Assembly: GCA_001779115.1 (NCBI GenBank) | Contig: MFJF01000005.1 | Coordinates: forward strand, 76,922-140,921 | Source of the DNA: Candidatus Gottesmanbacteria bacterium RIFCSPHIGHO2_01_FULL_40_15 | GTDB lineage: Bacteria > Patescibacteriota > Microgenomatia > 2-02-FULL-39-11 | Length of the DNA: 64,000 nucleotides | Direction of reading: 5' to 3' | In this document: one piece after another, positions 47,268 to 55,866 of the stretch | Numbering within the stretch: position 1 is the stretch's first letter | Layout: each line of letters begins with the position of its first letter | The notes under the pieces: model-generated | Told to the model about the DNA's origin: nothing | What the model saw: the letters and a program-made list of their open reading frames with translations, nothing else | Databases searched by the model: none | Translations under genes and position numbers: made by a program

Positions 47268-49184
47268 ATGAACCGACTCCGTAACAAACTGATAATTCTT
47301 ACTTTTGTTTTATTGACACTTCCCTTTTTTATTTATTCACAACAGTTTATTGTGACCATTTTGAGCCGCGCGATTGAAAAAAAAGCAAATATAGCGGTAG
47401 ATGTTAATAGCTACACAGGAGAAATAAAAAACGGTTGGCTTAATTTTGCCCAGGGAGGTGAAGAGCCGCCGCCCATGCTTCATAACAGTGTTACCAGAAT
47501 GAAACTTATTTCTCCTTACCTTATAAGACTTGATCATATTTTTGACTACTACGGAGTACTTTCTGATGACGGCAGTTACAATTTTCAAAACTTGGACGAA
47601 ACTGTTGAAGATATCATTAACATGGGAGCAATTCCTTTTTTCAGTCTCTCATATATGCCTAAGTCAATTAGCAGTGACGGAACGGTAACCGGTAAACCGC
47701 GAAATTGGCAATTATGGCAGGAACTTATCAAAAAAACGATTGAACATTACAGCGGAAAAAACAATAAGAATTTAACCGGTGTTTATTATGAAGTCTGGAA
47801 TGAACCGGAACTTGTCCAATTCGGATCTTATAAATTAAACGGCAATAAAAATTATAATGAACTCTATTATTTTGCTGCCAAAGGAGCGCAGGAAGCTGTT
47901 AATGTCAACAAATTTTATATCGGCGGACCGGCGGTTGGTTCCTATTATCCCCTGTGGGTTGACGGGTTTTTAACATATATTAATGAAAATAAACTCCGGC
48001 TGGATTTTTATTCATGGCACCGGTACCATACCGATCCCAGAAAATTTGCCGAAGATGCCCAAAACATCAGGAACAAACTTGCCAAATACAACGGATTTTC
48101 ACAATTGCCTCTGATTTTATCCGAATGGGGAATAGACTCCGGAAATAACGGAAACAACAATACGGCTAAAGCTGCTGCCTTCAGTATGGCTACTGTTTTT
48201 AAGACATACGGACTTATAGATCAACTATTTGCATTTGAGGTAAAAGACGGCCCCCCTCCCGGGGGAGGAAAATGGGGCTTAATGACGCATGAAAAAGATC
48301 AAAAACCGCTTTTTTTAAAACCGAGATTTAAAGCTTTTTCCGCCTCAACAAAACTGACCGGAACCGGGCTTAAGCTTGCCGGTGAGGGAACTTATATTTC
48401 GGGAATGGCAGTCAAAGCCGCGGATAATACCATTAATTTACTTCTTACTAATTATGACAAAAATGAGCGCAACTGGGAAAATGTTCCGGTAACATTTACC
48501 GGTATTAAGACAGGATCCTACCAATTGACCGCGAGAAATATAACAGTTAATTCATCCCAAGTTTCGGAGGTTATTTCAATAAACGGAGAAATTAAAAAAG
48601 AGATTCTGATGCTCCCGAATTCCGTTATTTATCTGGAATTAAAAGAAAAAGGAAAGCTTTCCGAATTCATCAAAGGAGCCGGCGGTACTTTTGATGACCG
48701 CGCTCTGGTTTTAGCCGGTACGGGAGACCTTCTTATTTCCCGACCGGAATCAGACTTTTCCCAAAGCCTTCAATTATCATTTAATATCCTACCTTTTTGG
48801 GAGAAAGATGAAAAAACGGATATTAGCATTGTGATGGCGCAATACCAAAATACTGACGGGGGCACCACTTCTTTAAGTTTGAAAAAAACCGCATCCAAGG
48901 GAATTGATTTTCTGCTTTTAACATTAAATGAAACCCCGGCGGAATTGAGACTATCATATCCGATTGAGAATTGGTCGAATGACGCCTGGCATGATATAAA
49001 TCTGAATCTTACCGAAAATAGAATCAGTTTATCGGTTGATGGAAATGAATTTTCCAAAGAAATCCTTTTTAAGAAGGATTTAAAGAAACTGGAAAGCGTT
49101 TATTTTTTTCCGTTTAACGGTGCTTTGGATAATGTAAAAATTTCAGCTGATGACAAGCTGATGGAATTTCGGAACTTTGATTAA
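47268..49184 (+). CDS. Membrane-anchored GH39-like glycoside hydrolase with C-terminal LamG-like domain
   Basis: N-terminal TM, LSYMP, YEVWNEP (acid/base), IGGPA, DFYSWH.Y, LSEWG (nucleophile); WH.I......L.VDG...G.LDNV C-terminus. Confidence 0.8.
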   Translation: MNRLRNKLIILTFVLLTLPFFIYSQQFIVTILSRAIEKKANIAVDVNSYTGEIKNGWLNFAQGGEEPPPMLHNSVTRMKLISPYLIRLDHIFDYYGVLSDDGSYNFQNLDETVEDIINMGAIPFFSLSYMPKSISSDGTVTGKPRNWQLWQELIKKTIEHYSGKNNKNLTGVYYEVWNEPELVQFGSYKLNGNKNYNELYYFAAKGAQEAVNVNKFYIGGPAVGSYYPLWVDGFLTYINENKLRLDFYSWHRYHTDPRKFAEDAQNIRNKLAKYNGFSQLPLILSEWGIDSGNNGNNNTAKAAAFSMATVFKTYGLIDQLFAFEVKDGPPPGGGKWGLMTHEKDQKPLFLKPRFKAFSASTKLTGTGLKLAGEGTYISGMAVKAADNTINLLLTNYDKNERNWENVPVTFTGIKTGSYQLTARNITVNSSQVSEVISINGEIKKEILMLPNSVIYLELKEKGKLSEFIKGAGGTFDDRALVLAGTGDLLISRPESDFSQSLQLSFNILPFWEKDEKTDISIVMAQYQNTDGGTTSLSLKKTASKGIDFLLLTLNETPAELRLSYPIENWSNDAWHDINLNLTENRISLSVDGNEFSKEILFKKDLKKLESVYFFPFNGALDNVKISADDKLMEFRNFD

Positions 49185-49191
49185 ACTTAAA

Positions 49192-50850
49192 CTATTGTTC
49201 CTGGAGATTAACCACTTCCTGAGACGTATCAATTAAAACTTTGGGCCTTTTCACAGCATATTTTCTGAACAGTTTGAATAAAATCTCTATTTGCGGGACA
49301 TCCATAAACCAGGCAAAAAAAAGATAGACAAAAATGCCAAGCGCGGTGGAGATTCCTGTCAGAATTAAAAGATTAATGGTTCTGGTTGTATCAAAAACAA
49401 GCTGATCCAATAGTTTAATGGGGATATAAAGAGCAACAGCCGCCACAAACGAGGCTAAAAATATTTTTACCGAAGGAAGGATTATTTCTCCGGGAGTGAT
49501 ATTACCGATCTTTTTATAAAGCATTAATAGAAGAAGCAGCATGTTTAATATGCTGGCAATAGACGCGGATAATGCCAAAACCCAAACATCCAATTGGAAT
49601 ACCAAAACAAACAATAATGAAAGAATCGTGTTAGTGATGACAGAAACTGCTCCGATTATAACAGGAGTTTTACTGTCCTGAAGCGCATAAAAACTTCTGG
49701 CCAAAAGGTGTGCCAATGATTGGGCAAAAAGTGAAAGGGAAAAAAAGGCAAGAGTATGACCGGTAAGGACAGTTGATTGCCAGTCAAAAAGCGTTGAAGC
49801 ACCAAAAACCAACCGAACGACAGGAATCCGTAAAACTATGAGTATGGCGGAGAGAGGAACTATCAAAAACATAATCTGATGAAATGATGAAAGAAAAATC
49901 GTTTTAAATTTTTCAGTGTCCTTTTTGGCATAAAGTGACGATAAAGTTGGAAGACTGGCTTGGGCAATGGATACGCCAAACAGTCCGATCGGAAGCTGCT
50001 GAAGATGCTGGGCAAAATTAAAAACCGTCACTGATGAAGCTCCCAATAAACTGGATAAGGCAAGATCTATGGTTGTATCAATTTGGGAAACCGCCAAACC
50101 CAATGTTCTGGGAAGCATTAACCGGCCAACTGACCTGACACCCGGATTTTTATAGGAAAAATCAGCACTGTGTTTATAACCGTATGACAAAACAGGAGGA
50201 ATTTGTATTAAGGTGAACAAAAAAGCTCCTATAACAACTCCGATGACCGGAGCGTAAAGCCCTGCCGTGGGAGTTAAAAAAAGAATTCCGATAATTATTC
50301 CCAGGTTATAAATAACAGGGGCAAGAGAAGGTACCAGGAAATTGCGGAATGATTGGAGTATTCCGGTTAGAAAATTGCCGATGATAAGGGGAAAAACCTG
50401 GGCAATAATCATAATTCTGGTAAATGAAACCATTACTTCAATTTGTGAATCCGAAAAACCGGGAGCCATAAGTGCTGATATGTTACGGGCAAAAATATAT
50501 ATAGGTACGGCGGCAATAACGAATAGAACCATGCCGATATTAATAACGGCTGAAGCTAAACGAAAGGCATTTTCTTTACCTTTAGTATCCAGAAAAGCCG
50601 TAAAAACGGGTATAAAAGCAGAAGCCAAGGCGCCCATAACCAGGAGCTCAAAGATCATATTGGGAAGTCTGAAAGCGGCGTAATAAATACCCAATTCCTC
50701 AGGAGTGAAACGGCCGGCTAACAGCCTGTCCCGGAATAAACCGAGAATCCGTGACAGAAAAACCGCGGTCATAATGACTGACGCGGCTGAGAGTATATTC
50801 GTCTGCTGCCTGTTTAGAATATTGAATGTTTTTCTTAACAGCTTGACCAT
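49192..50850 (-). CDS. murJ: Lipid II flippase MurJ
   Basis: LSRILGL.RD, AF.LPN, GAL.SAFIPVF, LP.GLFG.SI...LP.LS, FYALQD.KTP. Confidence 0.95.
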   Translation of the reverse strand: MVKLLRKTFNILNRQQTNILSAASVIMTAVFLSRILGLFRDRLLAGRFTPEELGIYYAAFRLPNMIFELLVMGALASAFIPVFTAFLDTKGKENAFRLASAVINIGMVLFVIAAVPIYIFARNISALMAPGFSDSQIEVMVSFTRIMIIAQVFPLIIGNFLTGILQSFRNFLVPSLAPVIYNLGIIIGILFLTPTAGLYAPVIGVVIGAFLFTLIQIPPVLSYGYKHSADFSYKNPGVRSVGRLMLPRTLGLAVSQIDTTIDLALSSLLGASSVTVFNFAQHLQQLPIGLFGVSIAQASLPTLSSLYAKKDTEKFKTIFLSSFHQIMFLIVPLSAILIVLRIPVVRLVFGASTLFDWQSTVLTGHTLAFFSLSLFAQSLAHLLARSFYALQDSKTPVIIGAVSVITNTILSLLFVLVFQLDVWVLALSASIASILNMLLLLLMLYKKIGNITPGEIILPSVKIFLASFVAAVALYIPIKLLDQLVFDTTRTINLLILTGISTALGIFVYLFFAWFMDVPQIEILFKLFRKYAVKRPKVLIDTSQEVVNLQEQ

Positions 50851-50879
50851 TTAAGTTCTCATTAGTATACTACTTCATT

Positions 50880-51146
50880 ATGCCAGTCACTAGTTCGGCA
50901 AAAAAGAAACTTAAGCAGGATAACAAAAGACATCAGATCAATCTGGCGGCAAAAAATGCCGTCAAAAACGCCGTTAAAAAATTCCGGCAGAAACCGTCCC
51001 CAAAATTATTGACCGAAGCATATTCAAAGCTTGACCTTTCCAGTAAAAAAAATATTTACCACGCCAACAAAGTTGCCAGAATGAAATCGGCACTGGCCAA
51101 ATTACTGAACGCTAAAAAGACATCTCCAAAACCTAAAAAGTCCTGA
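50880..51146 (+). CDS. rpsT: 30S ribosomal protein S20
   Basis: MP..SAKK...Q...R..N, LD....K...H.NK.AR.KS; TTGACC-17-TATACT 8 nt upstream. Confidence 0.95.
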   Translation: MPVTSSAKKKLKQDNKRHQINLAAKNAVKNAVKKFRQKPSPKLLTEAYSKLDLSSKKNIYHANKVARMKSALAKLLNAKKTSPKPKKS

Positions 51147-51276
51147 CCGGTTTTTCCATCTTTCCACTTCAGGAGTTGAATTCTCATGACAGTTTGGGAA
51201 CTGACTAGAACTGTTGTTTTTTGTGTATAATGAGAACAGTCCTTTATTGAGGTTTTTTTCATTATTGGTTTTTAGC

Positions 51277-51834
51277 ATGCCTGCCTCAAAACAGAAAACA
51301 AGCATAAATCTGGTTATTAAGCCGGAAGAACAGTTAAATCTGTCATCGCAATTCTTAAATTGGGCATTAACATACGGCAGGTATATTATTATCATTATTC
51401 AAATTGTAGTTTTATCCGTTTTTTTCATGAGATTTAAATTTGACCGTGATAGAACCGATCTTCGGGAAACCGTTTCACAAAAAAAGGCGTTAATTGAATC
51501 AATCACGGAAATGGAAAATGAAATAAGAAAAGTGCAAAAAAAATTGGCCGATATAAAACTCATTACAACAGAACAGGATATATATCTGCGACTGATCAAT
51601 TTCCTGGAAGATAATACACCGGTCGAAACTACTTTTTCCTTATTATCTTTTTCCAGTGATAAAGTCAGTTTTGTAGCGGTGGCGCAGGATTTAAAAACTT
51701 TCAATTATCTGCTAAAAAGAATCCAGGATGAGAAACTTTTTACTGATATCGCTCTTGAGGATTTAAAAAGACGGGCAGACGGAAAGGTTGAATTCCGGGT
51801 AATGACTAAATTAGTTACCAAATCATATGAATAA
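51277..51834 (+). CDS. PilN-like type IV pilus alignment protein
   Basis: INL motif, TM, coiled coil, L...TP....FS.L ferredoxin-like C-terminus. Confidence 0.7.
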   Translation: MPASKQKTSINLVIKPEEQLNLSSQFLNWALTYGRYIIIIIQIVVLSVFFMRFKFDRDRTDLRETVSQKKALIESITEMENEIRKVQKKLADIKLITTEQDIYLRLINFLEDNTPVETTFSLLSFSSDKVSFVAVAQDLKTFNYLLKRIQDEKLFTDIALEDLKRRADGKVEFRVMTKLVTKSYE

Positions 51835-52453
51835 AGGTCCGCAATCGCTGTCGGCTATCAAAAACAGTCTGATATTAAAAACCCGCCGCAGGCTAAAACC
51901 GGTAATACAGAACCGTAGAACCGCCTCCTACTTTACTTTAACGCTGACTCTTTTTTCCCTTTCGTTTTTCGGGCTGTTTGCCATCAGACCGACGCTGATT
52001 ACGGCTATCACATTAATTAAAGAAGTAAATGATCTTAAAAAATTAAGCCTGGATTATGAAAATAAAATCAGTAATATAATTCTTGCCCAATCGGAATATG
52101 AAAGAATAAGAGAGTCGCTTCTTAATATTGAGGCGGCCCTGCCGGGAAAATCAGATTTTACAGGTTTTTCCAAAGCCATGGAAAAGTTAGCTTTTAATAA
52201 CGGAGTGGTAATTAACCAACTGCAAATTGATTCGGCACCAATATCAATCCCCCAAACGAACGGATTATTATCCCGCTTTAATTTTATTCTTATCGGTGTG
52301 GGCGCTTACGAAAATGTTAATTCTTATTTAGCCGACATTTATAATTATAAAAGAATTGTTACAATAAATTCGATGGATTTTACTCCTGAAGGAGGAACGG
52401 TAAGCGGTATACTGCGTATTTCCATGAAAGGCAAAGCATATTATGAACCGTAA
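51827..52453 (+). CDS. PilO-like protein
   Basis: TM, coiled coil, ALP, G.Y.NV..YL..I...KRIV.I..M. Confidence 0.78.
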   Translation: MNKGPQSLSAIKNSLILKTRRRLKPVIQNRRTASYFTLTLTLFSLSFFGLFAIRPTLITAITLIKEVNDLKKLSLDYENKISNIILAQSEYERIRESLLNIEAALPGKSDFTGFSKAMEKLAFNNGVVINQLQIDSAPISIPQTNGLLSRFNFILIGVGAYENVNSYLADIYNYKRIVTINSMDFTPEGGTVSGILRISMKGKAYYEP

Positions 52454-52634
52454 AGAATTGTATATTCTGGCGCTGATAACATTTATGACTGTTGTTGTCT
52501 GGATTATTTTTGGGATATCCGGCGCCCGAAAGATATCCAAAGTTGAAGATCAGACTTTAAAAACTATTGTTCCTTTAACTCCCACATTTGACAGTGACAT
52601 TATCAACCAACTCAACCGGCGGGAGGCAGAATAA
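52443..52634 (+). CDS. Small single-TM protein in the pilN/pilO operon
   Basis: TM then PL.P.FD..I...L..R; overlaps both neighbouring genes. Confidence 0.65.
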   Translation: MNRKELYILALITFMTVVVWIIFGISGARKISKVEDQTLKTIVPLTPTFDSDIINQLNRREAE

Positions 52635-54064
52635 TGTACCGGAAAGTTAAAAAAATACCGACAATTCTGGCGCTTTTACTAATCATGTTCGGTTTGGGAG
52701 CGGGACTTTATCTGGACGGCACTTACCAACAATTTTTTACAAGCGCTTCACCACCGGTTGCTCCATCAGATATTCATTTAACCAATATTTCCGATAACTC
52801 AATCACAGTTTCCTATATTACGGAAAAACCGGAAACCGGAGCGGTCATATTAACTCTAAATGGAAAACAGACTACCCATCTTGACGACATTGATAACGAC
52901 TGGATAACAAAATCCCGGCTGACCCATATGTTTACTCTCAAAAATCTAATGCCAGATACTTTTTACAACATAAAAATCGTCAGCGGAAAATCATCATGCA
53001 GAAATACAGCTTGTCCCGAATTTACTCAAAAAACCGGCGTCAAACTGGATTCTCCTTTGGAATTACCGCCGATTACCGGCAGGTTAGTTGATAATAAAAA
53101 CGATCCGACCGAAGAGGGCCTTATTTATCTTCTTATAGGAAAGGCCAGTCCGCTGTCGGCCAGAACTGACGGAAAAGGAATATTTGCCATTCCGCTAAAT
53201 AATTTAAGAAGCCAGGATTTTCTGAAAAGACCGGATTTAGATGATAATTCACCTATTCAAATTACCTTTAAGAAAAGTCCATCGAGTTATGCTTCGGTAA
53301 TAAGCAGACTGGGTCTTGTTAAAAACGATCCTTCGCTTGAAGACATTGAACTTGGAAAAACTTATAATTTTCTAAACGCTGAAGAAAGTGGAGCTGAAAG
53401 CGGAAGACCGGCAGTATTGGGAAACAGATCATCGCGTTTAAATCCAACTGGCCCGACACCGACCATAATAAAAAAAGGCGTAGAACTTTTTTTCCCGGAA
53501 AAAAACCTGGATACGACAATTGATAATAATCCGAAATTCCGCGGAGCCGGAATTCCGGGAGACACCCTTAAAATAACAGTCAAATCCAAAATTCAGACGG
53601 CAAACATTATCGTCGGCAGTGACGGAACCTGGGAATTCCGGCCTAAAGAACCACTGGAACCGGGAAGTCATGAAATTACCGTTGAAGGAAAAGACATCAA
53701 CGGAAAAAAAGTCTCTGTAACCCGCAAATTCGTGGTTTTTAAAAGCGGAGAACAGATTCTGGGAGAATCAACTCCTTCGGGAGATTTGACCCCGACAGAA
53801 ACACCGGATATTACTCCGACGGAAACACCGGATATTTCCATAACAATCAGTCCCACCCCGCAATTATCTCCGACATATACTCCTACTCCAACGCCTTCGG
53901 AAACACCGACGCCCTCCCAAACACCGACACCGACAGATGAAGGAGAAGTTGCAGTGACGGATATCCCGCCGCGTGCAGGGACCACAGGCATGACCAATGC
54001 AATCCTTATAAGCAGTTTGGCAATATTGTTTTACGGAATACGAATGCTTTTGGTGAATTTATAA
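52634..54064 (+). CDS. Surface protein: FN3-like + Ig-like domains, P/T stalk, C-terminal sortase-like signal
   Basis: TNISDNS.TVS..T, H...L.NL.P.T.Y, P.F.G..PG, DG.W.F, TPTP repeats, IPPRAG plus hydrophobic helix. Confidence 0.75.
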   Translation: MYRKVKKIPTILALLLIMFGLGAGLYLDGTYQQFFTSASPPVAPSDIHLTNISDNSITVSYITEKPETGAVILTLNGKQTTHLDDIDNDWITKSRLTHMFTLKNLMPDTFYNIKIVSGKSSCRNTACPEFTQKTGVKLDSPLELPPITGRLVDNKNDPTEEGLIYLLIGKASPLSARTDGKGIFAIPLNNLRSQDFLKRPDLDDNSPIQITFKKSPSSYASVISRLGLVKNDPSLEDIELGKTYNFLNAEESGAESGRPAVLGNRSSRLNPTGPTPTIIKKGVELFFPEKNLDTTIDNNPKFRGAGIPGDTLKITVKSKIQTANIIVGSDGTWEFRPKEPLEPGSHEITVEGKDINGKKVSVTRKFVVFKSGEQILGESTPSGDLTPTETPDITPTETPDISITISPTPQLSPTYTPTPTPSETPTPSQTPTPTDEGEVAVTDIPPRAGTTGMTNAILISSLAILFYGIRMLLVNL

Positions 54065-55168
54065 ATCAGGTTGTTTTATTATCGAGCAACTGTCATTTTT
54101 GAGATTGCAGGAAATAAATTCATGAATCTCTTCAAAAGTTCCTGAACGGGGTGCCAAAACCCATATTCCATCATACTGCCATAAAGGCGGATTGACCAGA
54201 AGTCCAGGAATATCCTTTGAAAGATCTCCCGTATCAAGCACTAAATGTCTGGCACTTATGTCCTGATTGAAATAAAGAAATTTACCCAAAGACATCATTT
54301 CGGCAAACGACATATCCGTCGTTAACGAATCATAAACAGTAGAGTAGATTTTTTTAAAAAGTCCAATATTTTTCAGACTGACAGTACTTTTTATTTTTTT
54401 GGCAATTGCGGTAATGACAAGCTGCTGACGCTGTGAACGGGAAAAATCATTACCCTGACCATTATCCAGAGAACCCCGGCTGCGGACGAATTTTAATGCC
54501 AAGGTGCCATCCATATTTTGGACACCTTTTTCAAACCGGACAGTTTCATACCGGCAGGTAAATTCCGGATCACTGCCCCCGCAGTTGTCATTTTCTTTAC
54601 CGGCTATGGGAAAAAGCTTATCTTCAAAAGGAGCGTTGACATTAATTTCAATTCCGCCTATGAGATCAATGACCTTCCGGAAAGCCTCAAAATCAAGAAT
54701 AAATCCATAAGAAACCGGCTTACCGACAACTTCAGATACGGAAGATTTGGCCAAAATAAGACCGCCTCCTTTTTTCTTTTTTTCACCGTAATAAAAGGAA
54801 GAGTTAATTTTTGTTTTAAGAGACGGTAACCAGACATCCCGGGGAATTGAAACCAAAAGAACTTCTTTTTTTGTAAAATCAATACTGCCAAAAATAATTG
54901 AATCCGTCAGCGTAGATCCGGCATGATTACCTCCGGAAATTCCCAAAATGACAAAATTTGTCCGGTTATCCGTAATTTTTATCCGTGGGGTTTTTTCCAA
55001 AAGAAGAGAAACCAGAGTAAAAGGGCTTATTTTTGTTTCGGAAATAAAATTTACCGCCGGACGCATAAGACCGATGACAAATAACAGAAGAGACAAAAAA
55101 ATTACTGTTAAAACAGCAAGTAAAAGAGGCAAGCGGTATTTGAGGAATTTTCTTTTAACCGGCGGCAT
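54059..55168 (-). CDS. LCP (LytR-CpsA-Psr) family glycopolymer transferase
   Basis: N.VILG, TDSI, SIPRD.W, KIN, ID.IGGI, AL.FVRSR, DF.R.QRQQ. Confidence 0.93.
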   Translation of the reverse strand: MPPVKRKFLKYRLPLLLAVLTVIFLSLLLFVIGLMRPAVNFISETKISPFTLVSLLLEKTPRIKITDNRTNFVILGISGGNHAGSTLTDSIIFGSIDFTKKEVLLVSIPRDVWLPSLKTKINSSFYYGEKKKKGGGLILAKSSVSEVVGKPVSYGFILDFEAFRKVIDLIGGIEINVNAPFEDKLFPIAGKENDNCGGSDPEFTCRYETVRFEKGVQNMDGTLALKFVRSRGSLDNGQGNDFSRSQRQQLVITAIAKKIKSTVSLKNIGLFKKIYSTVYDSLTTDMSFAEMMSLGKFLYFNQDISARHLVLDTGDLSKDIPGLLVNPPLWQYDGIWVLAPRSGTFEEIHEFISCNLKNDSCSIIKQPDL

Positions 55169-55841
55169 TTATCAGCATTTTATAAAATGAAATCGGGTCG
55201 AGACTTGATTTGCCGGGTAAGACTCCGTCAATATATTCCTTTTCCATAAAACTTTTTATATTTTCGGATGTAACACTTCCGCCATAGATAACCGGAGTGT
55301 TTATATAATTTTTTTTAATTACGCCAATTGTCCGATTAGCGTTTTCCGGTGTATCGGGTTTTCCGGTGCCGATGGCAAAAACGGGCTCATAAGCAATAAC
55401 GGCAACTCCGTCCGGAACCGGAATTTTACTGTCAGGCACACAGTAAATAACTTTAAGTCCGTTTGTTAAAGCGTTTTTTGCTTTATCGGCCAAAATTTTT
55501 TCATTTTCGGCAAAATTACTTCTTCTTTCCGAGTGTCCGATTATGACATATCTGACATATTCCTTCAATTGGGAAGCGCTGACTTCACCGGTAAACGCAC
55601 CCTCACCGTAAGGTGAAATATTCTGAGCGCCAAGTTCTACCGGTAAATTATATTTTTTTATAAGATCCCGACTTAAAGGCAAATGGATATATGACGGACA
55701 AATAACTATTTTGGGAATTTTTAAGGGTATTTTTTTTATGTTCTTACATTTGTGAGCAAATATTTTCAAAAATCCAGCAACATCAGTTGAGTTTTTATTG
55801 GATTTCCAGTTACCGATTAAATATTTTTCAGCGGCTGACAT
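55155..55841 (-). CDS. tpiA: Triosephosphate isomerase
   Basis: GNWK, GAFTGEVS, GHSERR, AYEPVFAIGTG, YGGSV; ATG 55841. Confidence 0.95.
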   Translation of the reverse strand: MSAAEKYLIGNWKSNKNSTDVAGFLKIFAHKCKNIKKIPLKIPKIVICPSYIHLPLSRDLIKKYNLPVELGAQNISPYGEGAFTGEVSASQLKEYVRYVIIGHSERRSNFAENEKILADKAKNALTNGLKVIYCVPDSKIPVPDGVAVIAYEPVFAIGTGKPDTPENANRTIGVIKKNYINTPVIYGGSVTSENIKSFMEKEYIDGVLPGKSSLDPISFYKMLINAAG

Positions 55842-55866
55842 GTTATTATATAAATTCAATTGTACC

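Noticed and set aside
53792-53836. 24-bp-period direct repeat CCGACRGAAACACCGGATATT
   Set aside because: Encodes the PTETPDI repeats of a P/T stalk; ordinary coding repeat
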